From Elusimicrobiota bacterium (GTDB lineage Bacteria > Elusimicrobiota > Elusimicrobia > F11): 64,000 nucleotides of DNA. Under the pieces are notes generated by a model that worked only from the letters and a program-made list of their open reading frames with translations, was not told the origin of the DNA and did not search any database. This document shows, piece after piece, positions 9,801-18,942 of the stretch. The DNA is taken from contig JBGAON010000001.1 of the NCBI GenBank assembly GCA_044221725.1, forward strand, positions 608,001 to 672,000. The letters run 5' to 3'. A program made the translations under genes and the position numbers. Every line of letters begins with the position of its first letter. The stretch's first letter is position 1.

Positions 9801-10824
9801 ATCGCTCGAGTTTGTCGTAACAATGTTTGATGTGTTTGGTCATCCACAGTTGTCGAATCGCTTGGCAATCGACGGGCCGCGCACGCTCGATGTGATCAAC
9901 ACTATGCACGCGACGCTGCAAGTGGAAGATCCGGCCGTTGAATGGTCAAAAACGCCGGACCGTTACGCGCGGCTTGGCGAACGCTACCGCGCAATGAATC
10001 TAAAAAACCCGTTCATGATCGACATCAATGTGTTGGACGTTCATCCCTCCAATCAACCGGGTTTTGCGACGGCCGTACAGTCGGGCACCGAGCTTTTGCA
10101 ACTGTGGCAAGCGGCGTCGAAATACGCGCGTCGTGTCTGCCTTTATTCCGAATCCACGATCAGCGAATCCGACTGGGAGCTTTTGCCCTACACAATGGCC
10201 GCTGACGCGTCGGTCAATCGCGACGGAGACAATTGGATCGTGAACAGCGAGGATTCGGTCATTCTGGAACTTACGCGTCCTTTTAAACGCGTGTTTGTCG
10301 ATGATCGCCCGTGGTTTTGCGTCACCGGCCAATCGATTTTGCTGCCCGCCGGCGAGCATCGTGTTTCGCTTCAACCGAACCTGCGTTCATGGCTCGATAC
10401 GACGCAGTTGGAGACGCGACTTCTTTCTTTATCGGGCGAATTGCTAGGAAGTGAACCGCGCAAGCACGGACTTGAAGTGGAATACCGTTCAACGGGGCGC
10501 GCCGCGTTGCTTTTTAACAAACAGCCGTTGTTTACCTATGTGGATGACGAATCCATAAAACTGCCCACGATTAAAGGTCAAGACGGGTTTGTTGTTTTGG
10601 CGCCCGCCGGTCAGCACCGTTTGCGGATTGTGACGGAATCAAACTTTCTATTCTTTTTGAACTACACAAGCATGGTATCGGCGTCGTTAATTGTCATTTT
10701 TGGCGTGGCGTCTTCCGGGCTTTTGTTGCTGGCATTTGTTGCTATTAAAATTAGTCGCAAGACGCGGCCGATGCGTCGGAAGTTTCGACAAACGTTGTCC
10801 AAGGGGCCTATTAAAAAATCATGA
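6811..10824 (+). CDS. DUF2334 (YdaL-like) polysaccharide deacetylase fused to a GH-like domain, with C-terminal TM anchor
   Basis: LRLEDLNP, LHGDTHQY and WETPHY NodB-like motifs. The second half (AHQNGILVYAWFEW...WDGVNLAE) resembles a GH-like barrel. Confidence 0.75.
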   Translation: MSANVQRLRKHLSVTFLSILFTTAAFGAPTWLDSVSKGPSVLVLYDGPDIESNPGRLDANYLANLLGHFTAHRSVRSLDAYTPGELKAFDVVFTIVYQKKYRVPQNFLNDVATGGKPFCWLGNQVGQLNRVGMLERHGLRFDRFFENSPARNVIYKSRTLVKGDPDINLLKIVDSAKVNVLANATGANGWTAPYILRDRDFWIVTDSPFSYSSENDRYLAFADVLHDILGVNHPEGHSALLRLEDLNPMSDPEQLNAMLRVIRSNRIPFSFGMVPFYVNPAQHLFEPMGERPLVVQALKDMVDAGGSPVLHGDTHQYRGVTTDDYEFWDNIADRAVKRDSDPYVVRKLEDALKECVLTELYPVTWETPHYAASALDYHVFKRFFGTTYERRLTSNRLGSDQFFPYPVIDMTGQFVIPESLGYVQIENPRVEPLLANAEAALVVRDGYASFFFHPFLKPQLLNTLINGIENMGYKFVSLAEFPNRVQHKGYLTTNVNGDYTLGGDGRYVTEIVRSKKGGVLSQKTKEVSPKDRVQLKVVLRPGETYVAYRHAVRAPNLVERLFRLAKGDLSVINQRWENLFASEEFPEDRTVALFWNDAAKGDEAIDQKSFDTMLQVVGYEVNRVSIRSIQDQEIGKFSLLVIPAASARHLGAKDVEAIYRAVEAGIVLVTDGESALSKALGFEMGHDIRVNFVQNHLFPTQELRWPDTPSVPWIAHVSDENDVVLFSEREDQRPLVVNRSLGEGRVLFFAPYFDALSGEGYSRFPDVPYLLVNEFRVRPILRRAAAEAYFDPGYRQNISVEQLGRYWRKYGIRVIHVAAWHFYDKYSYDYERLIRVAHQNGILVYAWFEWPHVSQKFWNQHPEWREKNALLADAHLDWRYLMNFQNPKCFEAVVGDAKLLLSKLDWDGVNLAEFHFEAGSSPQDASKFTPLNNESRALFEKEYGFDPLELWKNGSPNSLTTNDAALQKFYAFRKDQNHILFRKIARELQQVRNDKSKSLEFVVTMFDVFGHPQLSNRLAIDGPRTLDVINTMHATLQVEDPAVEWSKTPDRYARLGERYRAMNLKNPFMIDINVLDVHPSNQPGFATAVQSGTELLQLWQAASKYARRVCLYSESTISESDWELLPYTMAADASVNRDGDNWIVNSEDSVILELTRPFKRVFVDDRPWFCVTGQSILLPAGEHRVSLQPNLRSWLDTTQLETRLLSLSGELLGSEPRKHGLEVEYRSTGRAALLFNKQPLFTYVDDESIKLPTIKGQDGFVVLAPAGQHRLRIVTESNFLFFLNYTSMVSASLIVIFGVASSGLLLLAFVAIKISRKTRPMRRKFRQTLSKGPIKKS

Positions 10825-12080
10825 TCTCGTCGGTGGTTATAGAAATATTGTTCATTGTGAGTGTTATCTTCATTTGGCTCATGCTGGTGTACCAGTTTGT
10901 TTTGTGTACCGCTGGCTTCCTATACAGTCAAGATGCGGCCCGGGAGAAACGGCGGTTGGATGCGCGTCCGCTGAACGTCGACGGCGTGTCAATCTTAATT
11001 CCAGCGCACAACGAAGAAATCGTTATTGAAGAAACCGTAAAAAGTTTGTTTGCGCTCGATTATCCGAAGGGCAAGCTGGAAGTGTTCGTGATTGACGATG
11101 CATCAACCGACCGTACACCGGAAATTTTGGACGAACTCACGAAAAAATTCAGCGGTCTTCGCGTGCTGCACATTCCGAAAGGCGAAGGGGGAAAAGGAAA
11201 GGCGGCCGCACTGAATCGCGCGATTCCGCTGACCAAGTACGAGCTCATTGCGATCTTTGATGCGGACAACCAACCGGAACCGCGATCGCTCAAGTATCTT
11301 GCGGCGCAATTCGTGCTCGATCCAACGTTGGGCGCGGCGCTCGGAAAATTTCGGACGTTAAACAAAAATAAGAACATTCTCACGAGGTTCATCAACATCG
11401 AAGGTTTAAGTTTTCAATGGATTGTTCAGGCGGGTCGCTGGAAGTTGCTAAAGATCGCCACGCTTTCGGGAACAAACTTTATTATTCGTAAAAAAGTGCT
11501 CGAAGATGTGGGCGGATGGGACATGGAAGCGTTAACCGAAGACGCTGAAATTTCGCTGCGCATTCTCGAAGAGGGGTATCACATAAAATTTGTTCCATAC
11601 GCGGTCACGTGGGAACAAGAGCCGGAGAATCTGAGCACGTGGTTTCGCCAGCGCGTTCGCTGGGCCCGTGGCAACTTTTATTTGATGAGGAAATTTCTGT
11701 CCAGCATTGGCCGGGCGAAAAACAAGGCGCTCGCGACCGAGATGATTTACTTTTTGGCGCTTTATTACGTATTTGTTGGGGCGCTGATGATTTCCACGTT
11801 GCTATTTTTGTTGGGCCTGTTTAGTGTGATTTTTATTCAGGTTCCGGGCCCGTATCTTGAAGTCTGGTTATTGGCTTACTCGCTGTTCGTTTCTGAGATC
11901 ATGATTATGTTATCGCGCGAGGAGCACGAAGATTCGATTTCGAATATTTTCTTTACGATGGCCACGTACTTTACGTATTCGCAGTTATGGCCTTTTGTTG
12001 TGGCGCGCGCGTTCTATCTCGAATACATTAAGAAAACGGAACGCAAGTGGGACAAAACGCGTCGCTTCGCGCAGTCGTAG
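10821..12080 (+). CDS. Processive GT2 glycosyltransferase (IcaA/PgaC/YdaM-like)
   Basis: IPAHNE, DDASTD, FDAD, LTED, QRVRW; flanking TM helices. Confidence 0.9.
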   Translation: MISSVVIEILFIVSVIFIWLMLVYQFVLCTAGFLYSQDAAREKRRLDARPLNVDGVSILIPAHNEEIVIEETVKSLFALDYPKGKLEVFVIDDASTDRTPEILDELTKKFSGLRVLHIPKGEGGKGKAAALNRAIPLTKYELIAIFDADNQPEPRSLKYLAAQFVLDPTLGAALGKFRTLNKNKNILTRFINIEGLSFQWIVQAGRWKLLKIATLSGTNFIIRKKVLEDVGGWDMEALTEDAEISLRILEEGYHIKFVPYAVTWEQEPENLSTWFRQRVRWARGNFYLMRKFLSSIGRAKNKALATEMIYFLALYYVFVGALMISTLLFLLGLFSVIFIQVPGPYLEVWLLAYSLFVSEIMIMLSREEHEDSISNIFFTMATYFTYSQLWPFVVARAFYLEYIKKTERKWDKTRRFAQS

Positions 12081-12081
12081 C

Positions 12082-13521
12082 TTAGAAGTCGACTCCCAGT
12101 TCCTTCGCAAGCGTTGGGGCAATAATTTCGTTTGTGGTTGGTTTTTCGTTGAGCGTTGCACCAAAACCTTTTCCGTAGAAAAAAAGTGGTACCGCAGCAT
12201 CGTAATCGTAGGTCGATCCGTGGCTCGTGCCCGAAACCTTTTCTGTGACGAGAACGCCTTCCTTCATGCGGAAAGTTAAGTCGCCCGATCGTCCGGGGCA
12301 GTTGCTACGCTGAAATGTGTTGCTGAACTTGTCTTGTTGGATAAGCGGATTGTTTAAATACACCATCTCAACGTCGGGCAACGTTTTCATTTCGGTCTGA
12401 ATTCGCAGCAAGAAACTTCCCCAGTCCAATTTCTTTTGTTGAACCAATTCTTTGTTGAAATAAATATCCGGGAATGAAACCCGCATGATCCATTTTGTAC
12501 CGGGGGCGGGATAAATACTTTGGCACAACGTTTCGAGTCTGCGCGAAAATTCGGCCACGAGGATGCGTTTGGCTCCCATGCGGCGACCCTCGATACTTTC
12601 GGGAATCGGTAGAACGCCGTGATCGGACGTGAGCGCCAACACAAAATTGCCGGCCGTCTTCTTCGAAATTACTGCGATCAGCTCGTTCAGCATCTGGTCG
12701 AGTGCCAATATTTGCTCGCGCATCTGTCCGCCGTTCGGCCCGTACAAATGGCCAATGTAATCGGTCGCCGAAAAACTGACCGCGAGAAGATCGGAATGAT
12801 CGTCTTCTCCGAGATGTTTTTCTTCAAGCGCATTTTTCGCTAGTTCGAACGTGGCACGGTCGGTGGAAAATGAAGCGGGATTGAGCGGAAGGGGATGGTT
12901 GGCATTAAATTTATCAAGCCAGGCCGAAACACTTGGGTACGCTTTTGACGACACAAATCCTTTCGCTTTCTTGTTGTACCACACCACGGCGTCCGCTTTC
13001 TTCCCGCCCAGCATGATAGCCGCCCGATCTTTATAAGAAATCGCAACGACCGTGGCGCTGGAGTCTGTTGTCTTTAACGCGTCCCCCAACGTCAACCCGC
13101 GTAACTGACCTGGACCCATTTCGAAATCTGGGTCGTCAATTGAGAGCACCGTTTTTCCGGTCGATCGATCGAACCAATCATTTCCAATAATGCCGTGCAC
13201 GCTCGGTGGTTGGCCGGTGATAATCGTCGCGTGGCCGGGCGCGGTTTCGGTCGGGACGTGATTCAGTTTCGCGTGCGTGTATTGCGTGCCTCTTGTCCCC
13301 AGCGCGCGAAAGCCGCCGGTGAAATCTTTCGCGTAGCGGTCGAGATAATCGGCCCGGAATTGGTCGATGACGACGATCACGGCGAGGCGGGGGGCGGCGT
13401 GGAGCGTCGAGCAGAAGAATAAAAAGAAGGCGAACAACCGTATTCCCTCTCCCTTTAGGGAGAGGGGGCCCGAAGGGCGGGTGAGGGAAGGCGGTAAAGA
13501 AAAGGAAAGTTTGTTGGTCAT
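12082..13521 (-). CDS. Alkaline phosphatase family protein (PafA-like)
   Basis: VIDQFR, TAPGHAT (Thr nucleophile), KDRAAI, DYIGH, TSDHG, SHGS. Confidence 0.88.
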   Translation of the reverse strand: MTNKLSFSLPPSLTRPSGPLSLKGEGIRLFAFFLFFCSTLHAAPRLAVIVVIDQFRADYLDRYAKDFTGGFRALGTRGTQYTHAKLNHVPTETAPGHATIITGQPPSVHGIIGNDWFDRSTGKTVLSIDDPDFEMGPGQLRGLTLGDALKTTDSSATVVAISYKDRAAIMLGGKKADAVVWYNKKAKGFVSSKAYPSVSAWLDKFNANHPLPLNPASFSTDRATFELAKNALEEKHLGEDDHSDLLAVSFSATDYIGHLYGPNGGQMREQILALDQMLNELIAVISKKTAGNFVLALTSDHGVLPIPESIEGRRMGAKRILVAEFSRRLETLCQSIYPAPGTKWIMRVSFPDIYFNKELVQQKKLDWGSFLLRIQTEMKTLPDVEMVYLNNPLIQQDKFSNTFQRSNCPGRSGDLTFRMKEGVLVTEKVSGTSHGSTYDYDAAVPLFFYGKGFGATLNEKPTTNEIIAPTLAKELGVDF

Positions 13522-13559
13522 CTTTCCCTCACCCTGCCCTCTCCCTAAAGGGAGAGGGG
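13445..13559. repeat. Inverted pair of CCCTCACCC-CCCTCTCCC/GGGAGAGGG palindromic elements
   Basis: Copies at 13445-13487 and 13526-13559; their 22-nt cores are exact reverse complements. Confidence 0.85.
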
Positions 13560-13577
13560 ATATAAATTGAGAACCGT

Positions 13578-14192
13578 TTAATATTTGACCGAGCAGCCGT
13601 AGGATTGCGTGATCGGTGTTGAAACTTTCTTGCCGCTGGTGATTTCTGTGAGCGCAGCGTCGACGTAGTTCTTTGCGCCTTTTATGTCGGCGACTTTGGT
13701 GCTGCGTTTGTCGTCGATCGCACCTTTGTAGACGAGGTTTCCGCTCGCGTCGATCACGAACATGTGTGGCGTGGTTTTTGCGTCGTAGGATTTACCGGTG
13801 GTTCCGTTCTCGTCGATGAGAAACGCCGTGGGCGCCGCCTTTTCGCTGGCAATCGCTTTGTTCCATTCGGCCGGTGTCACGTTGCCTTCTTTTCCTTTGG
13901 CCGATGAATTGATCGAGAGCCACACAACTCCTTTGTCGGTCCATTTCTTCTGGAGCGCCTGCATGTTGCCGCTGTCGTAATGTTTCCGCACGAACGGGCA
14001 ACTGAAATTCGTCCACTCGAGCACGACGGTTTTGCCTCTGTATTCGGAAAGAGAATGCGGTTTGCCATTCGTGTCGATCAGAGTAAAGTCCGGTGCTTTT
14101 GCGCCAATTTCGGGAACCTCGGCGCGAACGCCGGCGGCGAACAACACGGACGACATTAAAAACATAGACATGGTTTGTTTCATTTTGCGCAT
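13578..14192 (-). CDS. Exported thioredoxin-fold redoxin (AhpC/TSA family)
   Basis: Signal peptide, APDFTL, EWTNFSCPFV, TTPHMFVID, YGCSVKY. Confidence 0.88.
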   Translation of the reverse strand: MRKMKQTMSMFLMSSVLFAAGVRAEVPEIGAKAPDFTLIDTNGKPHSLSEYRGKTVVLEWTNFSCPFVRKHYDSGNMQALQKKWTDKGVVWLSINSSAKGKEGNVTPAEWNKAIASEKAAPTAFLIDENGTTGKSYDAKTTPHMFVIDASGNLVYKGAIDDKRSTKVADIKGAKNYVDAALTEITSGKKVSTPITQSYGCSVKY

Positions 14193-14204
14193 GGGAAAAA
14201 CTCC

Positions 14205-16109
14205 TTATTTGATTTTCGAAATAGCATCCAAAACAATTTGCTGTGTGAGCACATCCGGAAGCGGGGAAGGCGCGCTGCTTGGATCCGACGGATAGAACAC
14301 ATAAAAGGGTACGCCGTTTCTTCCGAATTGTTCGAGCGCCTTCGTAATTTTCTCGTCGTGCGACGTCCAGTCGCCTTTTAAAAGCGTTACATTTTTTTCG
14401 CGAAACGCCTTTTGCACGTTGTCGGTGTTGAGAATAAGTCTTTCGTTCACTTGGCACGTGAGGCACCACGCGGCAGAAAAATCCACGAACACAGGGCGTC
14501 CATGGGCGCGCTCGTCTTGAATGCGTTCTTCCGAATAAACCTGCCATTGTTCGGACGCGGTCGATTTGTGGCTCAGTTGCAGTGACAGCACCCACGCGAG
14601 CCACGCGGCCGTGCCCAAAAGCAGAATACCCATGATTCTTTTTAATTTGATCATCCACGGGCCCGGCTTTGGAACAAACTTCAAAAACACCGGGAACGCC
14701 GAAAGAACAATGTAGGGGAAGGCCATGCCAACGCCAAGCGACGTAAAGATTGCTATCGCTGCGGGCCAACTCTGTGTCAGCGCGAAGCCGAGCGCCGACC
14801 CCATGAAAGGGGCCGTGCACGGTGTCGCCACAATTGTCGCGAGCACACCGTTTAGATAGGACCCGAAATAACCGGTGGCGGAATTTGTGTCGGCTAGTCT
14901 TAAAAAAGAGGTGCCCACCTCGAACAATCCCATCATGTTGAGGCCGAGAAAAACAAAAAGCATCGCTAGCCCGCCCACAATGTACGGATTTTGAAGTTGA
15001 AAGCCCCAGCCAAGTTGGGCCCCGCCCGCACGGAAGAGCAACAGTGCGCCGGACAAAAGCCAGAACATATTGACGATTCCGAGAGAGAACACAAGCGCGT
15101 GCAGCAGCGCGTGACGCGAGCCGCTTTTCGCGTGCGACACAAAGCCGAGCACCTTGATGGAGAGTACCGGCAACACGCACGGCATGAGATTGAGAATGAG
15201 GCCACCAACGAACGAGAACACCAGCGCGAAGAGAAACGAAATGTTGGTCGTGGGAGCGCTCAGCGGTTTCGGGGCCACGACTGGCACGTCAATGGCCAAA
15301 GCGGTTTCCGTGGGCACACCGCGCCACCCGGAAGTATTGATGAGCACACCGCGCAACTGTTTGGCGGTTTCGGTCGACGCTTCCGACTTCACGAGTTCAA
15401 GCGCGTACGCGCTGTCCGATTTTTCGAAGGTTTGCGGTGCGGCGTACGCGATCACGTCGGGATCCTCGGCAAAAAATGAAAGGTCGCTAGCGGCGAGTTT
15501 TGAGTTGGCCGGCGGTGTGACGAGAACGCGGTAGCCTTTGGACATCGCTTTGGCGGTGATGGACCATTCTGAATTCTCGAGTGGCCACTGGGCTCGCGTA
15601 TCGTTGAAGCGGGGCCCCCAGGTTTTGTCTTTCTTTGCGGGTTCAATTTTTATCGGAAGGGTTAATGCCACGTCTCCTTCGCCCGGAATACATTCCACTT
15701 CGCATTCGAGCCAATTGACGTGAGCGTTCAGCGTCACCGGTTTTGAATTGGTGACGACGCTGGGGGGCGTGATCGGAACCATCAGCAAAACGTCTTCTTC
15801 GTAGCCGTACACCACGACCGGCGGGACCATAAACTTTTTGGGGACCGGCCAACGAATTTCGCCCGCTTTGTATCCGTCGGGCAGTTTCCACTGAATCTGA
15901 GTGGCTTCGCCGGATTCGCCCGGATTTTTCCAGTACGTGTGCCAATGAGGCGCCATTTCGAGCCGGACGGCCACCCAGAATGGGGTGCCGGGTTGAATTG
16001 CGGTGTCCTCCGAAACGAGTGTCGCCTTTACGTGCCCTCCTATTTTCAGCGCGTGCGAAGACGGAACGCCGAGCAGCAGGATCAGCAGCAAAAATGAAAA
16101 TTTTTTCAT
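14205..16109 (-). CDS. DsbD-family protein-disulfide reductase
   Basis: WHTYWKNPG N-domain with CxxxC, NLMPCVLP and ATPCTAP TM motifs, C-terminal WCLTC thioredoxin. Confidence 0.9.
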   Translation of the reverse strand: MKKFSFLLLILLLGVPSSHALKIGGHVKATLVSEDTAIQPGTPFWVAVRLEMAPHWHTYWKNPGESGEATQIQWKLPDGYKAGEIRWPVPKKFMVPPVVVYGYEEDVLLMVPITPPSVVTNSKPVTLNAHVNWLECEVECIPGEGDVALTLPIKIEPAKKDKTWGPRFNDTRAQWPLENSEWSITAKAMSKGYRVLVTPPANSKLAASDLSFFAEDPDVIAYAAPQTFEKSDSAYALELVKSEASTETAKQLRGVLINTSGWRGVPTETALAIDVPVVAPKPLSAPTTNISFLFALVFSFVGGLILNLMPCVLPVLSIKVLGFVSHAKSGSRHALLHALVFSLGIVNMFWLLSGALLLFRAGGAQLGWGFQLQNPYIVGGLAMLFVFLGLNMMGLFEVGTSFLRLADTNSATGYFGSYLNGVLATIVATPCTAPFMGSALGFALTQSWPAAIAIFTSLGVGMAFPYIVLSAFPVFLKFVPKPGPWMIKLKRIMGILLLGTAAWLAWVLSLQLSHKSTASEQWQVYSEERIQDERAHGRPVFVDFSAAWCLTCQVNERLILNTDNVQKAFREKNVTLLKGDWTSHDEKITKALEQFGRNGVPFYVFYPSDPSSAPSPLPDVLTQQIVLDAISKIK

Positions 16110-17935
16110 GAAAAGGTTTTTAGCTTTTTTTGAACTTCGCCCAGACGTTTTGTGAGATCACTGACCTTGGAAACGTCTTGGTGCGTTTCCGGGTTTCCGA
16201 GAGCTTCCATTATTTGTGTTTCTTCCTTGGTCAATTCGTCTTTCTCGCTCAGCAGTGACTTGCCTTCGCGTTGCGCTCGGTAACGGGCGTTGCGTTCCTC
16301 GGCTTCTTTTCGCTTTTGTTCTTTTGATTTGCGTCCACCGCTGGACGGCGCGGAGCTCGTCCCGGCTAGATCGTCAGTCTTTTTGACGGGCGCAGCAGGA
16401 TGATGCGCCGCCTCTATTCTCTCTTCGCTCCGAAACAGTTCCGCCTCTTCGCCCTCTTCGAGCGACTTCTTGTGCAGGAAATAATCGTATCCGCCCGGAT
16501 ACAATGTCACCTTGCCTTGATTCACATGCAACACGTTGTCAACGAGTTGCCTCAAGAAATAGACGTCGTGGCTGATCACGCACAGCGTTCCTTCGTACGC
16601 TTTCAGCGCTTCAATTAGTCGCTCAACGCTGGCGATATCCAAGTGCGTGGTTGGTTCGTCCATTAGTAACAGATTCGGAGGGTCAAGCAACAATTTCGCG
16701 AGGCCGAGGCGACTTTTTTCTCCGCCGCTCAGTACCTCCACTTTCTTGAATGCCATGTCACCATGGAAAAGAAAACTTCCAAGCACGGTGCGGATCGTTG
16801 TTTCCGAATGCGCCCGGCGCGTGTCGCAACCTTCTTGAAAAACGGTGCGGCCTTCTTTGAACATTTCGGCGCGGTGTTGCGAGAAATAGCCGACCTCCAC
16901 ATCAAAGCCGAGTTTTCGTTCCCCAGACTGGAATGGAATTTGCCCGGCCAAAAGTTTTAACAGCGTGGATTTCCCGGCGCCGTTCGGACCCACGAACGCG
17001 ATTTTTTGCCCGCGCTCGAGTGTGAGATCAAGTCCGTCGTAGACGAAGCGTTTGCCGTCGTACGATTGCCGAATGTTTTTCAGAACGAGCACGTTGTGTC
17101 CGCTGCGCTTTGGTTGGGGGAACGAAAAGCCCACGGTTTTCTGTTCGTCGGGCAACACGATCCGCTCCATGCGCTCCAAATATTTGATTTTGCTTTGAAC
17201 GCTCGCGGCCAATGACGCTTTTGCTCGGAACCGGCTGATAAAGATTTCGAGATCTTCAATTTCTTTCTGCTGGCGCTTCCAAGCATTTAAGAGATCTTCT
17301 TCTTCCTTTTTGCGCTGGGCGAGATAGTCTTCGAACGAGCCGTGGTAGGTTTTTAGTTTCGCTTCGCGTACTTCGACGATGCGGTTCGTAACCGAATTAA
17401 TGAATTCCCGGTCGTGGGATATGAGAAACAGCGCACCGCGATACGATTGCAAATGGTTTTGGAACCACAACAGCGACTCGAGGTCCAGGTGGTTCGTTGG
17501 CTCATCCAGCATCAGCAGGTCCGGTTCATCAAGCAATAGCCGCGCGATCATTACACGCATTTGCCATCCGCCCGAAAGTTCGGAGACGGGGCGTTGAAAA
17601 TCCGTTACCTTGAAACCCAATCCCATAAGGATTTTTTTTGCCTGCGCTTCACGGCGGTTGTCGGCAACATCGTCTCCGATCGTCTCTTCAACGACACTTT
17701 TGCCGGAATGATTTGGTGTTTCTTGTGGCAGGTAACCGAAGCGCACGCCGGACCTGAGCGCCACTTCACCGTTGTCGGGTTGTTCGGCGCCCATGATGAT
17801 TTTAAAAAGTGTGGACTTGCCGGCGCCGTTCGGCCCCACGAGCGCAAAACGGTCTCCGGTGTTGATTTGAAGCGAAATATCTTCAAACAGGGTTTGTGCG
17901 CCAAACGATTTGCTGATGTTGCGGAGCGTGATCAT
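16106..17935 (-). CDS. ABC-F family ATPase
   Basis: Two ABC domains (GPNGAGKST, LSGG, DEPT), no TM segments. Confidence 0.92.
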   Translation of the reverse strand: MITLRNISKSFGAQTLFEDISLQINTGDRFALVGPNGAGKSTLFKIIMGAEQPDNGEVALRSGVRFGYLPQETPNHSGKSVVEETIGDDVADNRREAQAKKILMGLGFKVTDFQRPVSELSGGWQMRVMIARLLLDEPDLLMLDEPTNHLDLESLLWFQNHLQSYRGALFLISHDREFINSVTNRIVEVREAKLKTYHGSFEDYLAQRKKEEEDLLNAWKRQQKEIEDLEIFISRFRAKASLAASVQSKIKYLERMERIVLPDEQKTVGFSFPQPKRSGHNVLVLKNIRQSYDGKRFVYDGLDLTLERGQKIAFVGPNGAGKSTLLKLLAGQIPFQSGERKLGFDVEVGYFSQHRAEMFKEGRTVFQEGCDTRRAHSETTIRTVLGSFLFHGDMAFKKVEVLSGGEKSRLGLAKLLLDPPNLLLMDEPTTHLDIASVERLIEALKAYEGTLCVISHDVYFLRQLVDNVLHVNQGKVTLYPGGYDYFLHKKSLEEGEEAELFRSEERIEAAHHPAAPVKKTDDLAGTSSAPSSGGRKSKEQKRKEAEERNARYRAQREGKSLLSEKDELTKEETQIMEALGNPETHQDVSKVSDLTKRLGEVQKKLKTFS

Positions 17936-17943
17936 GAGCGGAT

Positions 17944-18942
17944 TTATTTCGTACGGGATTTAACGGCCGCGTTCGCGAGCGAGGTGAGCTTCCCGATCGC
18001 TTCATCCACTGTGCGGGTTTTAAGTCCCGCATCGGTGGAGAGCCAGATGCGATGGGCCGGCAAAACTTTTCGGACCTGTTTCACATGGGCCAGGATATCT
18101 TTCGGTGTTTCGATTGCGTGGTTGTGCGAATTCACCACGCCGACCGTCAGGTCTTTGTCTGTGGGGAATTTGCGAAGCGTTGGCAACGCACGGAAATTTG
18201 AATTGATCATTTCGATATGAAAATTCTGAACCGGCAGCTTTCGAAGTTGCGGCCAACAAAGGCTCATGTCGCCGACGCCGAGTCGCAAAATATAATACGC
18301 CCGACCCTTCTTTAATAGTTCCTTGAGAGCGTCCATCGCCAGCGACAGCTCAGTCGCGTTGCCGGGAATGGCGAGTTCGTCGATTTGAATGATCTTTGCT
18401 CCGGCTTCAATTAGGTAGCCGCTTTCTTTGGTCAATACGTGTGTAAGGTCGCGGCACAATGTTTCGCGCGACTCGTAGTATTCGTTGAAGGTCCAACTCA
18501 TTAGTGTGTAGGGGCCTGTCAGGACCGCCTTCACCGGTTTGTGCGTCAGGCGTTGCGCGTATTTCCAATGGTCCAAAATGAGTTGGCCTTTCCATTCTAT
18601 TTTGGATTTGATGATGGGCTTGTGCGTGAAACGATTTCCGTAGCTGCGCACGATGCCGCCATCGCTAAAGCCGTCGATCCGCTTAGCGAAATAGTTAATG
18701 AGGTCGCTGCGGTACATCTCACCATCAACGAGCACATCCAATCCCATTCGTTCTTGCTGGCGGACCCAAATCTCGGTCGAAAGTTTCTCTTTTCGCTCGA
18801 GTTCGGCCGCTTGTTGGATTCCTTTCGATACGCGGTAGCGCATTTCAACAAGTTCCGTTTGTTTGGGCAGCGAACTGGCGGCGCACGCCGGAAACAACGG
18901 AAGGTTCAGTAACGATTTCTTAGTGGGTGCCGATGGTTTCAT
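17944..18942 (-). CDS. Cobalamin-independent methionine synthase C-terminal-half homolog, metal site degenerate
   Basis: GLDVLVDGEMYRSD, KAVLTGPYT, IIQIDE, DAGLKTR. Start placed at ATG 18942. Confidence 0.8.
   Translation of the reverse strand: MKPSAPTKKSLLNLPLFPACAASSLPKQTELVEMRYRVSKGIQQAAELERKEKLSTEIWVRQQERMGLDVLVDGEMYRSDLINYFAKRIDGFSDGGIVRSYGNRFTHKPIIKSKIEWKGQLILDHWKYAQRLTHKPVKAVLTGPYTLMSWTFNEYYESRETLCRDLTHVLTKESGYLIEAGAKIIQIDELAIPGNATELSLAMDALKELLKKGRAYYILRLGVGDMSLCWPQLRKLPVQNFHIEMINSNFRALPTLRKFPTDKDLTVGVVNSHNHAIETPKDILAHVKQVRKVLPAHRIWLSTDAGLKTRTVDEAIGKLTSLANAAVKSRTK

Noticed and set aside
13792..15180. 462-aa alternative-frame ORF
   Set aside because: Shadow of the DsbD and redoxin genes; Arg-rich with no motifs.
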